A stretch of DNA of 64,000 nucleotides, from NCBI GenBank assembly GCA_050250895.1, contig JBFWNU010000006.1, positions 119,513 to 183,512 of the forward strand, given 5' to 3'. Positions 31,008-40,641 of this stretch are shown one piece after another. The notes beneath the pieces were generated by a model, which saw only the letters and a list, made by a program, of their open reading frames with translations, searched no databases and was not told where the DNA came from. A program made the position numbers and the translations under genes. The DNA is from Vulcanimicrobiota bacterium (GTDB taxonomy: Bacteria; Vulcanimicrobiota; Xenobia; Xenobiales; JADMJV01). Each line of letters starts with the position of its first letter. The first letter of the stretch is position 1.

Positions 31008-34000
31008 CAGGCCTGCATTCTGGTCTCGAGGTCGGCCTTTTCGGCCATCGTTCTGAGCAGGCGTTCTTTGAGTCGGCAGATCTCTTCTCCCTGGGCCTTC
31101 TCCATTCGCTCGCCGCGGACCAGCAGCTCTTCGCGCTCCTGGCGTTCGCGGTCCCAGGCCCTCGACTTGCTGTCGTATTCCAGGCGCAATCGCTCGAACT
31201 CGCGACTGGTGATTTCGAGGCGGTTCTTGATCTGATCGAGTTGCGCCCACGCCTGATTGCGTTCACCGCTCGCCAGGACCAGCTTCTGCTCGAGCGTCCC
31301 GATGACCGAGGCTTGCTCGGCGCCCTGGCGCTGGAGGGCCTGCAGGTCGGTCTGCAGTTGCTGCAGACCTTTCTCTAGCTCTTCGTTGCGCAGGCGGGTC
31401 TCGAGCAAGCGAGTGCGCACGGCCGTGATCGAATCGGCGTCCTCTTCTTGTTGGGCTCGCCTGGAGTTCTTCTCGGCCAGGGCCGCCTCGAGCGAGCGAA
31501 TGCGCGAGTCCTTGACGGTGAGCTGGTGGGAAAGCGTGGCCACGCGCTGATCATCACCCTGTTGGAAGGCCATCAACTCACGCACTCGGTCACGCTCACG
31601 AGCCAGGGCCGTCTCGAGCTCTTTCAGCTGGGCTTGATTGGCTTGCTGGCGCTGGCTGGTCTCGCTGAGCGACGACTCCATGCTCGAAAGATGTTCTTCA
31701 CGCAACTCGAGCAGTTGCTCGAGGTCGCCCACCAGTTCGTCGCGGTCGTGGATTTGCTGTTCGAGCAGGTTCAGAGCCGAACGGGTGGCCTCGACTTCGC
31801 GGGCCTTCTCTTCGGCGGCCTGGGTCGAGCGCTCGCAGGCCAGTTTCAGACGCTGCAGCTCCTGGCGCAGACTGGCCAGTTCCTGGTCGCGGGTGCGAGA
31901 GTCGTCGAGGGCTGACTCCAGTTGGATAATCTTGCCGCGGTCGGCGCTGCCGGTCGAGACGGCTTCTTGCAGGTGTTGCTCGAGGCCGGCGATCTGCTCG
32001 GCGCGACGATGGGCCAGATCGAGGGCCTCCGCCAGAGCCTCTTCTTTCTGATAGAGGGTCCGCTCGAGTTCGCGGCGAGAGCTGGTTTCGCCGCTGAGCT
32101 GCTGACGAGCGATGCTGTTCTCTTGCTGCAACTTGGTCAGTTCGCGCTGGAGCTTCTCCAGGGCATCGCCTTTATCCGCCGCCGAGCTGTCGAGTTCTAG
32201 CACGGTCTCGCGAAGCTCCTCGAGGTCGGCATCGCGGTGCTCGAGGGACTCGCGCAGGCGAAGCACCTCTTCGGCGCGTTCACGCAACTGGTCACGCAGG
32301 GTCGAGTTCTCGGCCACCTGCGAGCTGGCCAGGGCGTCGAGATCGCGCAGGCGGCTTCGCATGGCAGCTGCTTCGGTCTCTAGCTCGATCAAAGCCAGAT
32401 CTTTGACTCCGCCGGCCTCGACGTCGGTCTCGAGTCGAGAGATGTCGCGGCTCTTGTGGTCGAGTTCTTGCTCGAGTTCGCGCACCCGATTGGCCCGGTC
32501 CGAGACCAGTTCTTCGAGTTCTTTGATGCGAGCCACGCGATTGGATAGCAGGCGCTCCAGACTGTGGCCTTTGCCTTCCCAGACCTCGACCATCTTGCGC
32601 AGGGCTTTGAGACGTTCTTCGCGTTGCTCTTGAAGCTGCTCGAGCTCTTCCAGGCGGGCGTCGCGCTGGGCCACGCTCTGCTCGAGGGTGCCGATGGTCT
32701 CTTGCTGTCCGCAGACCAGCGACGACAGCCTGTCGAGTTCGCTCTCGCGCTCCCACAGGGCTTCTTCCAGGTTGGTGATGCGGCGGGCCCGGTTCTTGGC
32801 CACGCAATCGAGAGTGGCGATGGTCTCTTCCTGCTTGGAGGTGACCTCGGACAACTCTCCCAGCCGGCCGTCGCGGGTGGCGATCTCGGTCTGCAGGCGT
32901 TCGGCTTCGCGCAACCTCGATTCCGCCAGGCGATTGAGCGCTTTGACCTTCTCGGCCCGGGTGTCGGCCACTTGTTGTAGCTCTTCCACCAGCTTCTCGC
33001 GATTCTCGAGCAGGCCTCGCAGGTGCTCCACCATCTTGGCCGGCTCATCGGTGAGCATGGTGCCGTGCTGGCTGATCAGGGTGCGCAGCCCAGCCGTCAC
33101 GGTCTGCTGGTCCTGCAGGTCCTGTTGAGCCTGGCGCAGGTCGTTCTCGAGCTGGCCGATGCGCTCTTCACGCTCGGCCAGAATCAGGTTCTCGGCGTGC
33201 TCGAGGCGGGCCGTTTCAACCAGTTCGCGGCGCAGTTTCTCGGCTTTGCGCTGGCTGATCAGCAGGCGGCTCTTGAGCTGGTCCATGCGCGTGCGGTAGC
33301 GCTGCATCTGATCGTTGGCCTCCAACACCCGGAAGCGCAACTCGTCGACGGTTTGCTCGCGCTCGAGCACGAAGTCGGCCAGGCTGGCCAGGCTGGCCTT
33401 CTTGGCCTCGGGGATCTCGAGCTCTTCCAGGCGGGGCACTTCACCCTGGAGGATGCGAGCCAGTTCTTGCTCCAAAAGTTGCTCGATCTGAGTCTGTTGA
33501 GCTCTCTCACGGGTGGCCGTTTCGAGCTGTTTCTCGAGGAGCTTGAGGCGGGATTCGAGGGCTTCGGGCGTACGCCCGATCACCAATCGTTCCAACTCGT
33601 CGATCCGGGCGTCTCGCTCGCTGAGGCGGGTCACCGCCTTCTCGTGGGAACTCTTGAGCGATTCAAGGTCACGCTCCAGGCGGCGGGCCACGGCCTTGTA
33701 CTGCCGCAGCTTCTTTTGCTCGCGGCGTAGCAGGGCGGTGGTCTTGTCACGATTGACGCTACCTTCGGACTGGTGGATCAGAACCTCCAGTTCCTCCACC
33801 CGCTCGGTCTTCGAGCGCAAGTCGTCGAGCAACTTCTGGCTGCGAGCCCGCGACTGGGCCAGCCATTCCTGAGTGGCGCGCAGTTTGGCCTCGAGCTTTT
33901 CGATGGTGCGTTCGCGTTTGCGCAACAAGGGCAGAGAGGCTTCGCGGCGCAAGGCTCGTTGTTCGAGCATTGACAAGCGATTCTCGAGCTCCTTGAGTTC

Positions 34001-34156
34001 CTGGTGCTTGGAACCGAGTTCGCGTTCGAGTGCACCGATGGTCTTCTTTCGATCCACCGCCGTCGTCAACAACTGACGGGCTTGGATTCTCGAGACCTCT
34101 AGCGCCTCTTTGAGCTCCTCAACAGACCCCCTGGTGGTCTTCTTTGGCAAGGCCAT
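31004..34156 (-). CDS. 1050-aa all-coiled-coil protein
   Basis: Continuous E/L/R/Q-rich heptads; no Walker A, TM segment or signal peptide seen; GAGGAG RBS. Confidence 0.85.
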   Translation of the reverse strand: MALPKKTTRGSVEELKEALEVSRIQARQLLTTAVDRKKTIGALERELGSKHQELKELENRLSMLEQRALRREASLPLLRKRERTIEKLEAKLRATQEWLAQSRARSQKLLDDLRSKTERVEELEVLIHQSEGSVNRDKTTALLRREQKKLRQYKAVARRLERDLESLKSSHEKAVTRLSERDARIDELERLVIGRTPEALESRLKLLEKQLETATRERAQQTQIEQLLEQELARILQGEVPRLEELEIPEAKKASLASLADFVLEREQTVDELRFRVLEANDQMQRYRTRMDQLKSRLLISQRKAEKLRRELVETARLEHAENLILAEREERIGQLENDLRQAQQDLQDQQTVTAGLRTLISQHGTMLTDEPAKMVEHLRGLLENREKLVEELQQVADTRAEKVKALNRLAESRLREAERLQTEIATRDGRLGELSEVTSKQEETIATLDCVAKNRARRITNLEEALWERESELDRLSSLVCGQQETIGTLEQSVAQRDARLEELEQLQEQREERLKALRKMVEVWEGKGHSLERLLSNRVARIKELEELVSDRANRVRELEQELDHKSRDISRLETDVEAGGVKDLALIELETEAAAMRSRLRDLDALASSQVAENSTLRDQLRERAEEVLRLRESLEHRDADLEELRETVLELDSSAADKGDALEKLQRELTKLQQENSIARQQLSGETSSRRELERTLYQKEEALAEALDLAHRRAEQIAGLEQHLQEAVSTGSADRGKIIQLESALDDSRTRDQELASLRQELQRLKLACERSTQAAEEKAREVEATRSALNLLEQQIHDRDELVGDLEQLLELREEHLSSMESSLSETSQRQQANQAQLKELETALARERDRVRELMAFQQGDDQRVATLSHQLTVKDSRIRSLEAALAEKNSRRAQQEEDADSITAVRTRLLETRLRNEELEKGLQQLQTDLQALQRQGAEQASVIGTLEQKLVLASGERNQAWAQLDQIKNRLEITSREFERLRLEYDSKSRAWDRERQEREELLVRGERMEKAQGEEICRLKERLLRTMAEKADLETRMQAC

Positions 34157-34254
34157 CTCTCCTCAGAAAGTTCTGAGGATGACAAAGCTCGATCACGCCT
34201 CTGTGTGTTAGCAGGGAGCGCTCTCTAGGGCGCTTGTCCTGGGTAACTAGGAGA

Positions 34255-34283
34255 AGTATACCAGGATGTTACAGAATTGTAAA
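34255..34283 (-). promoter_or_regulatory. Sigma70-like promoter of the coiled-coil gene
   Basis: TTTACA-N17-TATACT with an extended -10 TG. Confidence 0.7.
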
Positions 34284-34343
34284 CAGGGATCCGGATGTTC
34301 ACGGCTGGTCTCGGGATGGGTCCGTTGATTTCGGCCGGGCCCT

Positions 34344-37300
34344 TTAGCACAGAGAGTCGAGCAAACGCTTGTGAAAACTGCGTTCGTGAAGGTCGGTCAG
34401 TCGTTCCGACGACCGGTTCATGACACTGAACAGGGCCGAGCAGAGCATGTAGACATGTCCTATGGAGAGACTCTCCTGGTGGCGAAGTCGGGCCACGAAG
34501 GGGTGGTCGGCCGCTAGCACCGGGCGGACTCCGCCCGGAAAGGCATCGCAGAATGTGGAGGGGGGAGTCGGGCCAAAGCTTAGTTTTTCCAATTCGCGCA
34601 ACAGGCTCGGGTGGTCGGCGGCCAGCAGTTCGAACTGCTCTTGCACGGCCGCCAGTAGCGGCTCCGGCCTGTTTTTCTCGGGTTGTTCAACAGGCTGGGG
34701 GCGGTGGCCGGCGATGTGGGCGAGCCAGTCCAGCCAGGGGTCGTCGTGGGCCAGGCTCAAAAGGCTGGCCGAGGCGGCATGGGCTTGCCCCGGGGGCAAG
34801 TAGGCCAGGCTCCCTCGACGTTCCGCCATCCTTTTGAGGAAGGCCAGCCCGACCCGGCGCCCGCCCGCCAGGGGGAAGAGCTTCAGGCGGGCCAGGCTCG
34901 CCAGCACCGGGGGCTGGCGATACTCGGGAGTCCGCCAGACGCTTGGCCAGTCAAACAGCTGGCCGATGGTCTGGCGTAGTGGCTCGGGAGCCGGACTCAA
35001 GGCCAGGTCGGTGGCCAGCTGGCGCAGCAATTGGATGGCCATCCTTTCGACCAGGGCGCTGAGCAGCCGCGGATCGGCCAGGTTGTCCCAGGTCCGGTTG
35101 GGTTCAAAAGGTCCGTCCAGGACCGCGAAGAGACCATCCAGGGGGCTGTGGACTTCCACCAGCGCCACCAGATCGATGGTCAGCCTGAGACGGCCGCTGC
35201 CGGGCTGGCTGTGAAAACCGGCCCAGCCCGCGAATTCGCCCTCGACCGGTTGTTGAACCAGCCAGTTCCGGTCAGGATAGTGCTCCTCGAGCCGGGTTGA
35301 CGAGTAGGCGCGACGGCTCTGGTTGGTCAGGGCCTGACAGTCGGAACAAAAGTCTTTCTCCAGGCTCTCGAGCGGCTCGAGCCACAGGCGCAGGCCGGCC
35401 GGAAAGGTCTCGGATAGAAACAGCACCACCCCGTCGCGGCGGCGATAGCGAGCAGCGGCTCTGGCCTTGACCTCGTCACAATAGTCGTAGGTTCGCTCGG
35501 GAAGGTAGAGGGTTCGGCCGGCCCGCTCACGGGCCTCGAGGGCTCGCTGATAGCTGATGGCCGGCCCTCCCAGCGTCGACAACAGTTTCAGCCGGCGCAA
35601 ATGGTCGTGAAGATCGGTTAGAGCGGGCTCCCTGGTCCGGCCGGTTGCTTCGAGCACCCTCAGTAACACCGCCCGGGGCGGCTCGTCACTCGCGGCCAGC
35701 TCTTTGATCAGTCCGACCAGTCTGTCCTTCAAGTCAGCCAGGATGCGGGTTCGGGCTTCCAGGGTCAGTCCTCCGCGCCGGCTGGTGGGCACGAACTCCG
35801 GGCAATCGAGATAGGCTCGAAAGGGTAAGGGATGGTTCACCTCCAACTGCTCGACCGGGGCACCCCACCAGGCCAACTCTATCTGGCTGGGGGTGCGCTC
35901 CGGAAGTAGACAGAGCCAACCCTGGGACCAGCCGACCCGGGGTTGGTCGGCGGGCGGGTCGGGTCGGGGAGTGGCGGGTTGGCGACGCCAGAACTGTTCC
36001 GCCTGCTGCAGTCGCCGGGTCCAATCGTGGCTCGGCCGAACCAGGGCCCGAAAGGTGGCCACCTCGTCTTTTTCGAGGACCACCACGGGGGTCTCTGGCA
36101 GTCGACCCAAGAGTTCCGGCGTGATCTGGAAGGGGTTGACCACATAGGCCTGGGGAGCGGAGCCCGTGCCCAGCTCAGCCAGGCAACGACTTTGGCCCTG
36201 CAGATCGGCGAAGAGGGGCAACCCGGCCAACCAGGTTCGGATTGGCGTGACCTCGGCATGGCCGTGATGGTAACGCGCCAGGTCGAGCAGGCGTTGACGC
36301 CACTCGGGCTCCCCGGCGGCCCGTAGATGTTGCCCGGCCAGCCATTGTTCCAACAATCGGTTGAGTCCCCCGACCAGCTGCTGAAAGGCCTGGTCATGGA
36401 TGGCTCGGGACCAGTCGGGATTAGGCGTAAGGGCGTCGTAGCGAACCTCGGCCGTGCAGGGATAGGACAATCGATACGGTTGGGGTCTGAAGGTGACCTG
36501 ATGGCGCTCGAGATGGAGCAAACTGGGTCCTTCCACTCGGCGGTGCAGCACCACTCGCCCGCTGGCAGTCCCTCCCGGCAAGTTCAGCCTCAGGGGGAGC
36601 TCGACCAGCCCCGGAGTTTCGAGCCTGGGTTGGGGCGAGAGACAGCGGGCCCGCAGATAGGTGCGCTGGTCGAAGAGGTTATCGGCGCCAAAAAGGTCGA
36701 TCAGGTCAGTCAGTTGGCCCCGGTCGATGGCCAGGACCAGTTCGTCGGGCTGAGGCTCGAAAGCCAGCGTTTCGGTGAGATAGCCCAGCCAACCCTGTCG
36801 GCGCAGGTGATCGTCGAGTTGCTGATAGCTGACCAGACCCTGGTGGGTCGTGGGAAACAGGGGGATGGTGGTCAATTGGGTGTGCGACCGGTAGTGCGTG
36901 AGGTACAGCCAGAGGTGGCGCCAGGCTCGCGGGCGATGGGTGGCCTGGGCCAGGCTCGAGGCAAGGCCTATTACTTCCGCCTCGATCTCGGCCTTGAGTT
37001 GGTCGAAGACCGGGTCGAACAAGATTCCATCCCAATGGCGGTTGGGAGTGGCTTCGGCCCGCTCGAGCACCAGTCGCAGACCCGGAATGGCAACCTCCTG
37101 GGTCCATTGGTAGAGCAACCGGCCTCGGTGCAAGAGGATGACTTCGAAGCGGTGGCGCGAGTGCGGGTCCAGCCAGAACTCGCCGGCCAGGACGCGACAC
37201 CGGGCCCGGATGGCGTCCGGGGCTTCGGGCAGCTCGTAGGCCGGCCTGGCCAAGAACCTCTCCTCGCCCGCCAACCGCCGGCCCAGGTCGGGGTCGTGGC

Positions 37301-39413
37301 GGACCTGGCGAGAGCCTAGAAAATCCGTGAGAACGCGCGCCTCGCGCGGGTGGAGAATAACCACCAGGTGCGGTTCGGGTGGGTCACTGACGAACTCGTC
37401 GGGATAGGCGTAGCTCAACCAGCCGTGGCGCTCGGGTTCGCTCAGGACAGCGGCCAGGCTGACCGGATTGGGGCGGGCTTCGAACATGACGGCCTGGGCC
37501 AGGGCAGGGCAGCAGTCTCGTCGACCCCGGCGGTGGAGTTCGGCCAGATAGCTCAGGGCGGCCGGGGCGGGTTGCTCGAGGGCCAACACTAGAGTGACCA
37601 GCAGGTCGGGGTCAGGACTTTCCTCGAGGCTACCCAGCAGCAGGGCGCCAAAGCCGTCCGGCAGCCGTCCTGGTAGTGGTTCGGGGGGAACGCCCGGACC
37701 TCGGTAGCGATAGGCTCCGGCGGGCTCGATCGGTGGGCCGTAGCCGAGCACTCCGCTCTGCCACCAGGCGCACGCCTGGCAACCTTCGGCAAAAGCCTGT
37801 AGGGCCAGGTGACGGGTGTCGGCCAGGCCGGGGCGATGGCGCTCGCGATAGCGGTCATAGGCCGGCACTAGCTCAGGTCGCGGGCACTGCTCGAAAAGGT
37901 AGGGTAGGGCTTCATGGACAGCCTGGAAGAGACGGGCCAGAAGCTGGTCGGGTTCGACCCCGTCCCAACCACGGTTGGGCTGGAAGTCGGGGTGATCGGC
38001 GATGACCTCGACCCCGTCGGGTAGTTCCCCCTCGAATTCGGTCAGCCAGCGTCCTGACTTGAGCAGCGTGAAACCCTTGGAGCGTCCCTGAGCCCGCAGA
38101 CCGATTTCGCCGACGAAGGTCTCGAGGCGAAGCCGGGTGACGAGTTCCGACTCCAGCTGGGGAGAAAGCACGGGGCTGCTGGCCCAGCGGGTGCGGTTGC
38201 GGGCCGCCCGCTCGGCTTCGAGCAAGACCGCTTCGCCGTCGACGCGAAATGGGAAGAAGGCGGGCAAGAGCAACCGGGAAAGCTCGTCGGCCAGGACCAC
38301 CGGGTCGTCGTCAAGTGGGGGCACCGCGCTGGTCCGGTCGCAAACCAGCACCTGACCGTGAACCGACTCATAGTCGCCGAGCTCGGTCAAGCTCACCATC
38401 CGACCATCGCTGCGGCGCAGCAGCCTCAAGGCGAGCAACGGAGCCTCGACCGAAGGGCCGGGGCGTGTCCTGAGCCAGTTGGCTAGCCAGCTGGCCATTT
38501 CATCGCCAGGGCTGCGCTCGAATTGGCGGGCCATGGCCTCGGCCAGCGCGGGCAGAAGCTCTTCGACCGCGGCCAGCACGTCTTGATAGTGTCCGTCTTC
38601 AACCACCTCGCTGTGGGAAACGTTGGTAACCAGACGGCGATCCCAGGCCACGACCTCGAGGTCGGGCCAGGCGAGCACCTCTTTGGTGGGAAACTCGACC
38701 CCGGCCACGACGGGATGGAGTCGGGCTGGACCCGGACGGGCGCACATCCACACCGAGGCTGGCCCGCAGTGCTCGAGCACCTCGGCTCGCGGGAGGCTGG
38801 GCACCGGCTCCTGCCCGACGAAGAGCCATCCCTCCAGGGTCGGGACAGGCAGACTCCCGCTATCGAGCTGGATGGACAGCGGATGGAGCGAGCATCGCCG
38901 CTCGAGCAAGCTGCATTCGCGGTCGGCGCCGCGCCCCATGCGCCAGAACTTGCGCGCCACCAGCACGAGAGCATTGGGCTGGCCGGGCTCCAGGCTGTAG
39001 TTTCGTTGCCGTCCGTTGGGATAGAGCAGCAAGCGGCGCGACCCCGAAATGACTTCGACCCGGCGAGCCAGACCCAGGGCACTGTTGAGGCCGACGGCCA
39101 GGTGGCCGAGAGCGCCTCGCCGGCCAGCCAACTCACCCAGGCGAAGCTTTAGACAGACTCGGTCCAGGTCTTGATCGCTAAGGGGCGGGCCGCCGAGGTC
39201 CAGGCGATAGCCTTCGCTGGTGCTGGCCAGGCTCAACTTCGGGCAGCCCCAGAGCAGGGCGAAGGCGGCGACTTCCAGGACCCACCCGTGGGGGTCGGTG
39301 AGTTGGTAGCGGCGACTCTTGGCGCCGGCCAGGGCCGGGCTCAGGCTGAAACGACCGTGCGAGTCCAGCCGACCGACCCGAGATAGCTCCTCCAATAGCG
39401 CTTCCAATCGCAC
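34344..39413 (-). CDS. Giant protein with degenerate GHKL-like N-terminus and tandem internal modules
   Basis: GRFSL...YQLTDPHGWVLE resembles the N-terminus of 13462-16599; repeated PNxxWD and LF...G..VSL motifs; similar C-terminus. Confidence 0.75.
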   Translation of the reverse strand: MRLEALLEELSRVGRLDSHGRFSLSPALAGAKSRRYQLTDPHGWVLEVAAFALLWGCPKLSLASTSEGYRLDLGGPPLSDQDLDRVCLKLRLGELAGRRGALGHLAVGLNSALGLARRVEVISGSRRLLLYPNGRQRNYSLEPGQPNALVLVARKFWRMGRGADRECSLLERRCSLHPLSIQLDSGSLPVPTLEGWLFVGQEPVPSLPRAEVLEHCGPASVWMCARPGPARLHPVVAGVEFPTKEVLAWPDLEVVAWDRRLVTNVSHSEVVEDGHYQDVLAAVEELLPALAEAMARQFERSPGDEMASWLANWLRTRPGPSVEAPLLALRLLRRSDGRMVSLTELGDYESVHGQVLVCDRTSAVPPLDDDPVVLADELSRLLLPAFFPFRVDGEAVLLEAERAARNRTRWASSPVLSPQLESELVTRLRLETFVGEIGLRAQGRSKGFTLLKSGRWLTEFEGELPDGVEVIADHPDFQPNRGWDGVEPDQLLARLFQAVHEALPYLFEQCPRPELVPAYDRYRERHRPGLADTRHLALQAFAEGCQACAWWQSGVLGYGPPIEPAGAYRYRGPGVPPEPLPGRLPDGFGALLLGSLEESPDPDLLVTLVLALEQPAPAALSYLAELHRRGRRDCCPALAQAVMFEARPNPVSLAAVLSEPERHGWLSYAYPDEFVSDPPEPHLVVILHPREARVLTDFLGSRQVRHDPDLGRRLAGEERFLARPAYELPEAPDAIRARCRVLAGEFWLDPHSRHRFEVILLHRGRLLYQWTQEVAIPGLRLVLERAEATPNRHWDGILFDPVFDQLKAEIEAEVIGLASSLAQATHRPRAWRHLWLYLTHYRSHTQLTTIPLFPTTHQGLVSYQQLDDHLRRQGWLGYLTETLAFEPQPDELVLAIDRGQLTDLIDLFGADNLFDQRTYLRARCLSPQPRLETPGLVELPLRLNLPGGTASGRVVLHRRVEGPSLLHLERHQVTFRPQPYRLSYPCTAEVRYDALTPNPDWSRAIHDQAFQQLVGGLNRLLEQWLAGQHLRAAGEPEWRQRLLDLARYHHGHAEVTPIRTWLAGLPLFADLQGQSRCLAELGTGSAPQAYVVNPFQITPELLGRLPETPVVVLEKDEVATFRALVRPSHDWTRRLQQAEQFWRRQPATPRPDPPADQPRVGWSQGWLCLLPERTPSQIELAWWGAPVEQLEVNHPLPFRAYLDCPEFVPTSRRGGLTLEARTRILADLKDRLVGLIKELAASDEPPRAVLLRVLEATGRTREPALTDLHDHLRRLKLLSTLGGPAISYQRALEARERAGRTLYLPERTYDYCDEVKARAAARYRRRDGVVLFLSETFPAGLRLWLEPLESLEKDFCSDCQALTNQSRRAYSSTRLEEHYPDRNWLVQQPVEGEFAGWAGFHSQPGSGRLRLTIDLVALVEVHSPLDGLFAVLDGPFEPNRTWDNLADPRLLSALVERMAIQLLRQLATDLALSPAPEPLRQTIGQLFDWPSVWRTPEYRQPPVLASLARLKLFPLAGGRRVGLAFLKRMAERRGSLAYLPPGQAHAASASLLSLAHDDPWLDWLAHIAGHRPQPVEQPEKNRPEPLLAAVQEQFELLAADHPSLLRELEKLSFGPTPPSTFCDAFPGGVRPVLAADHPFVARLRHQESLSIGHVYMLCSALFSVMNRSSERLTDLHERSFHKRLLDSLC

Positions 39414-39528
39414 TTCTGGCTCTTCGGTAGCGGCCTCGCCGGCCCTCGCGTGGCTGAGGTTTTGGGGGGGAGTCGGTTCGGTATAAGGAAGGGAATTTCA
39501 GCCCAGCGATCGTTCAGGAGAGACGCAG

Positions 39529-40266
39529 TTGCACAAGGTAATCGACAAGTGGTATAGCCCCAGTTTACATAAGGATATGGAGATCGTCGCCTACGGTCAG
39601 GCCGGATTTCCGCTCTTGCTGTTTCCGACCGCGGCGGCCGATTATCTGGAGTATGAGCGCTTCCTTATGATCGACGTCCTGGCCGAGCCTATCGAGGCGG
39701 GCAAGGTCAAGATCTTCTCGATCAACAGCATCAACAGCGAAAGCTGGCTGAACAAGAGGGTTCACCCCAAGTATAAAGGTCTTCGCCAGCAGCAGTACAA
39801 CGGCTACATCGAGAACGAGGTGGCCCCTTACATCTGGAACTCCTGTGCGGGGCGCCAGGGAATCATCGGGGCCGGCGCCAGTCTGGGCGCCTTTCACGCT
39901 GCCAATCAGCTCTTCCGCCGGCCCGACATCTTCGACGGCGTCATCGCCATGAGCGGGGTCTATGATATTCGGCAGTACTACGACTCCAACGGATACCACG
40001 ACGAAAACATCTTCTTCAACAACGTGGCCGAGTATCTACCGGGCCTGGAAGACGATTATTTTTTGCCCCTTCTCCGCCGCAAACGGCATATCCACATTCT
40101 GACCGGACAGGGGGCCTATGAGAACCCTGACGCTTCTCGCTGGCTTTCAGCTTTGCTCAACGCCAAGCGGATTCCCCACGAACTCGACATCTGGGGCTAC
40201 GATATGCGCCATGATTGGCCCACCTGGCGGGCAATGATGCAGTATTATCTGGCCGCTAAGTTTTAG
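39529..40266 (+). CDS. Putative esterase (alpha/beta hydrolase)
   Basis: GASLG nucleophile elbow, HDWPTWR; AGGAG RBS before TTG. Confidence 0.85.
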   Translation: MHKVIDKWYSPSLHKDMEIVAYGQAGFPLLLFPTAAADYLEYERFLMIDVLAEPIEAGKVKIFSINSINSESWLNKRVHPKYKGLRQQQYNGYIENEVAPYIWNSCAGRQGIIGAGASLGAFHAANQLFRRPDIFDGVIAMSGVYDIRQYYDSNGYHDENIFFNNVAEYLPGLEDDYFLPLLRRKRHIHILTGQGAYENPDASRWLSALLNAKRIPHELDIWGYDMRHDWPTWRAMMQYYLAAKF

Positions 40267-40634
40267 ACCGGTTCCATCTTCACAAAGCAGAAGTCGCAGC
40301 GAAGATGCTTGTCGCGCGCATCGCGGAGCCCGAGTTCCTTCGTCGCTCCGCAGGTGGGGCAGCGATACTCGCCGGGAGAAAGCGGAAACTCGGCCACCGG
40401 AGCGGCCACCGTTTTCTTGGTCGAGGCCCGGCTGCTCTTGCGCTTGGCTTTGGCCTTGGTTTTTGTGCCGGCCTCGGCCTTGGGCTCGGGGGGCTCGGTG
40501 AATTTCTTCTTGCCGAGCTTGACCATCTCGGTGCCACAGCACGTCATCGGCTCTTCGGCCTTCTTGCTACGGCCAATTACAGTAAATTTCTTGCACTTCG
40601 GGCACTCATATTCGCCCTTCTCTATCCGAATCAA
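40263..40634 (-). CDS. Small double zinc-ribbon protein with Lys-rich linker
   Basis: CPKC...CCG and CPTC...CDFC. Confidence 0.65.
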   Translation of the reverse strand: MIRIEKGEYECPKCKKFTVIGRSKKAEEPMTCCGTEMVKLGKKKFTEPPEPKAEAGTKTKAKAKRKSSRASTKKTVAAPVAEFPLSPGEYRCPTCGATKELGLRDARDKHLRCDFCFVKMEPV

Positions 40635-40641
40635 ACGTCCC

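Noticed and set aside
31004-34156. SMC/SbcC ATPase
   Set aside because: No Walker A/B, signature motif or hinge is visible.
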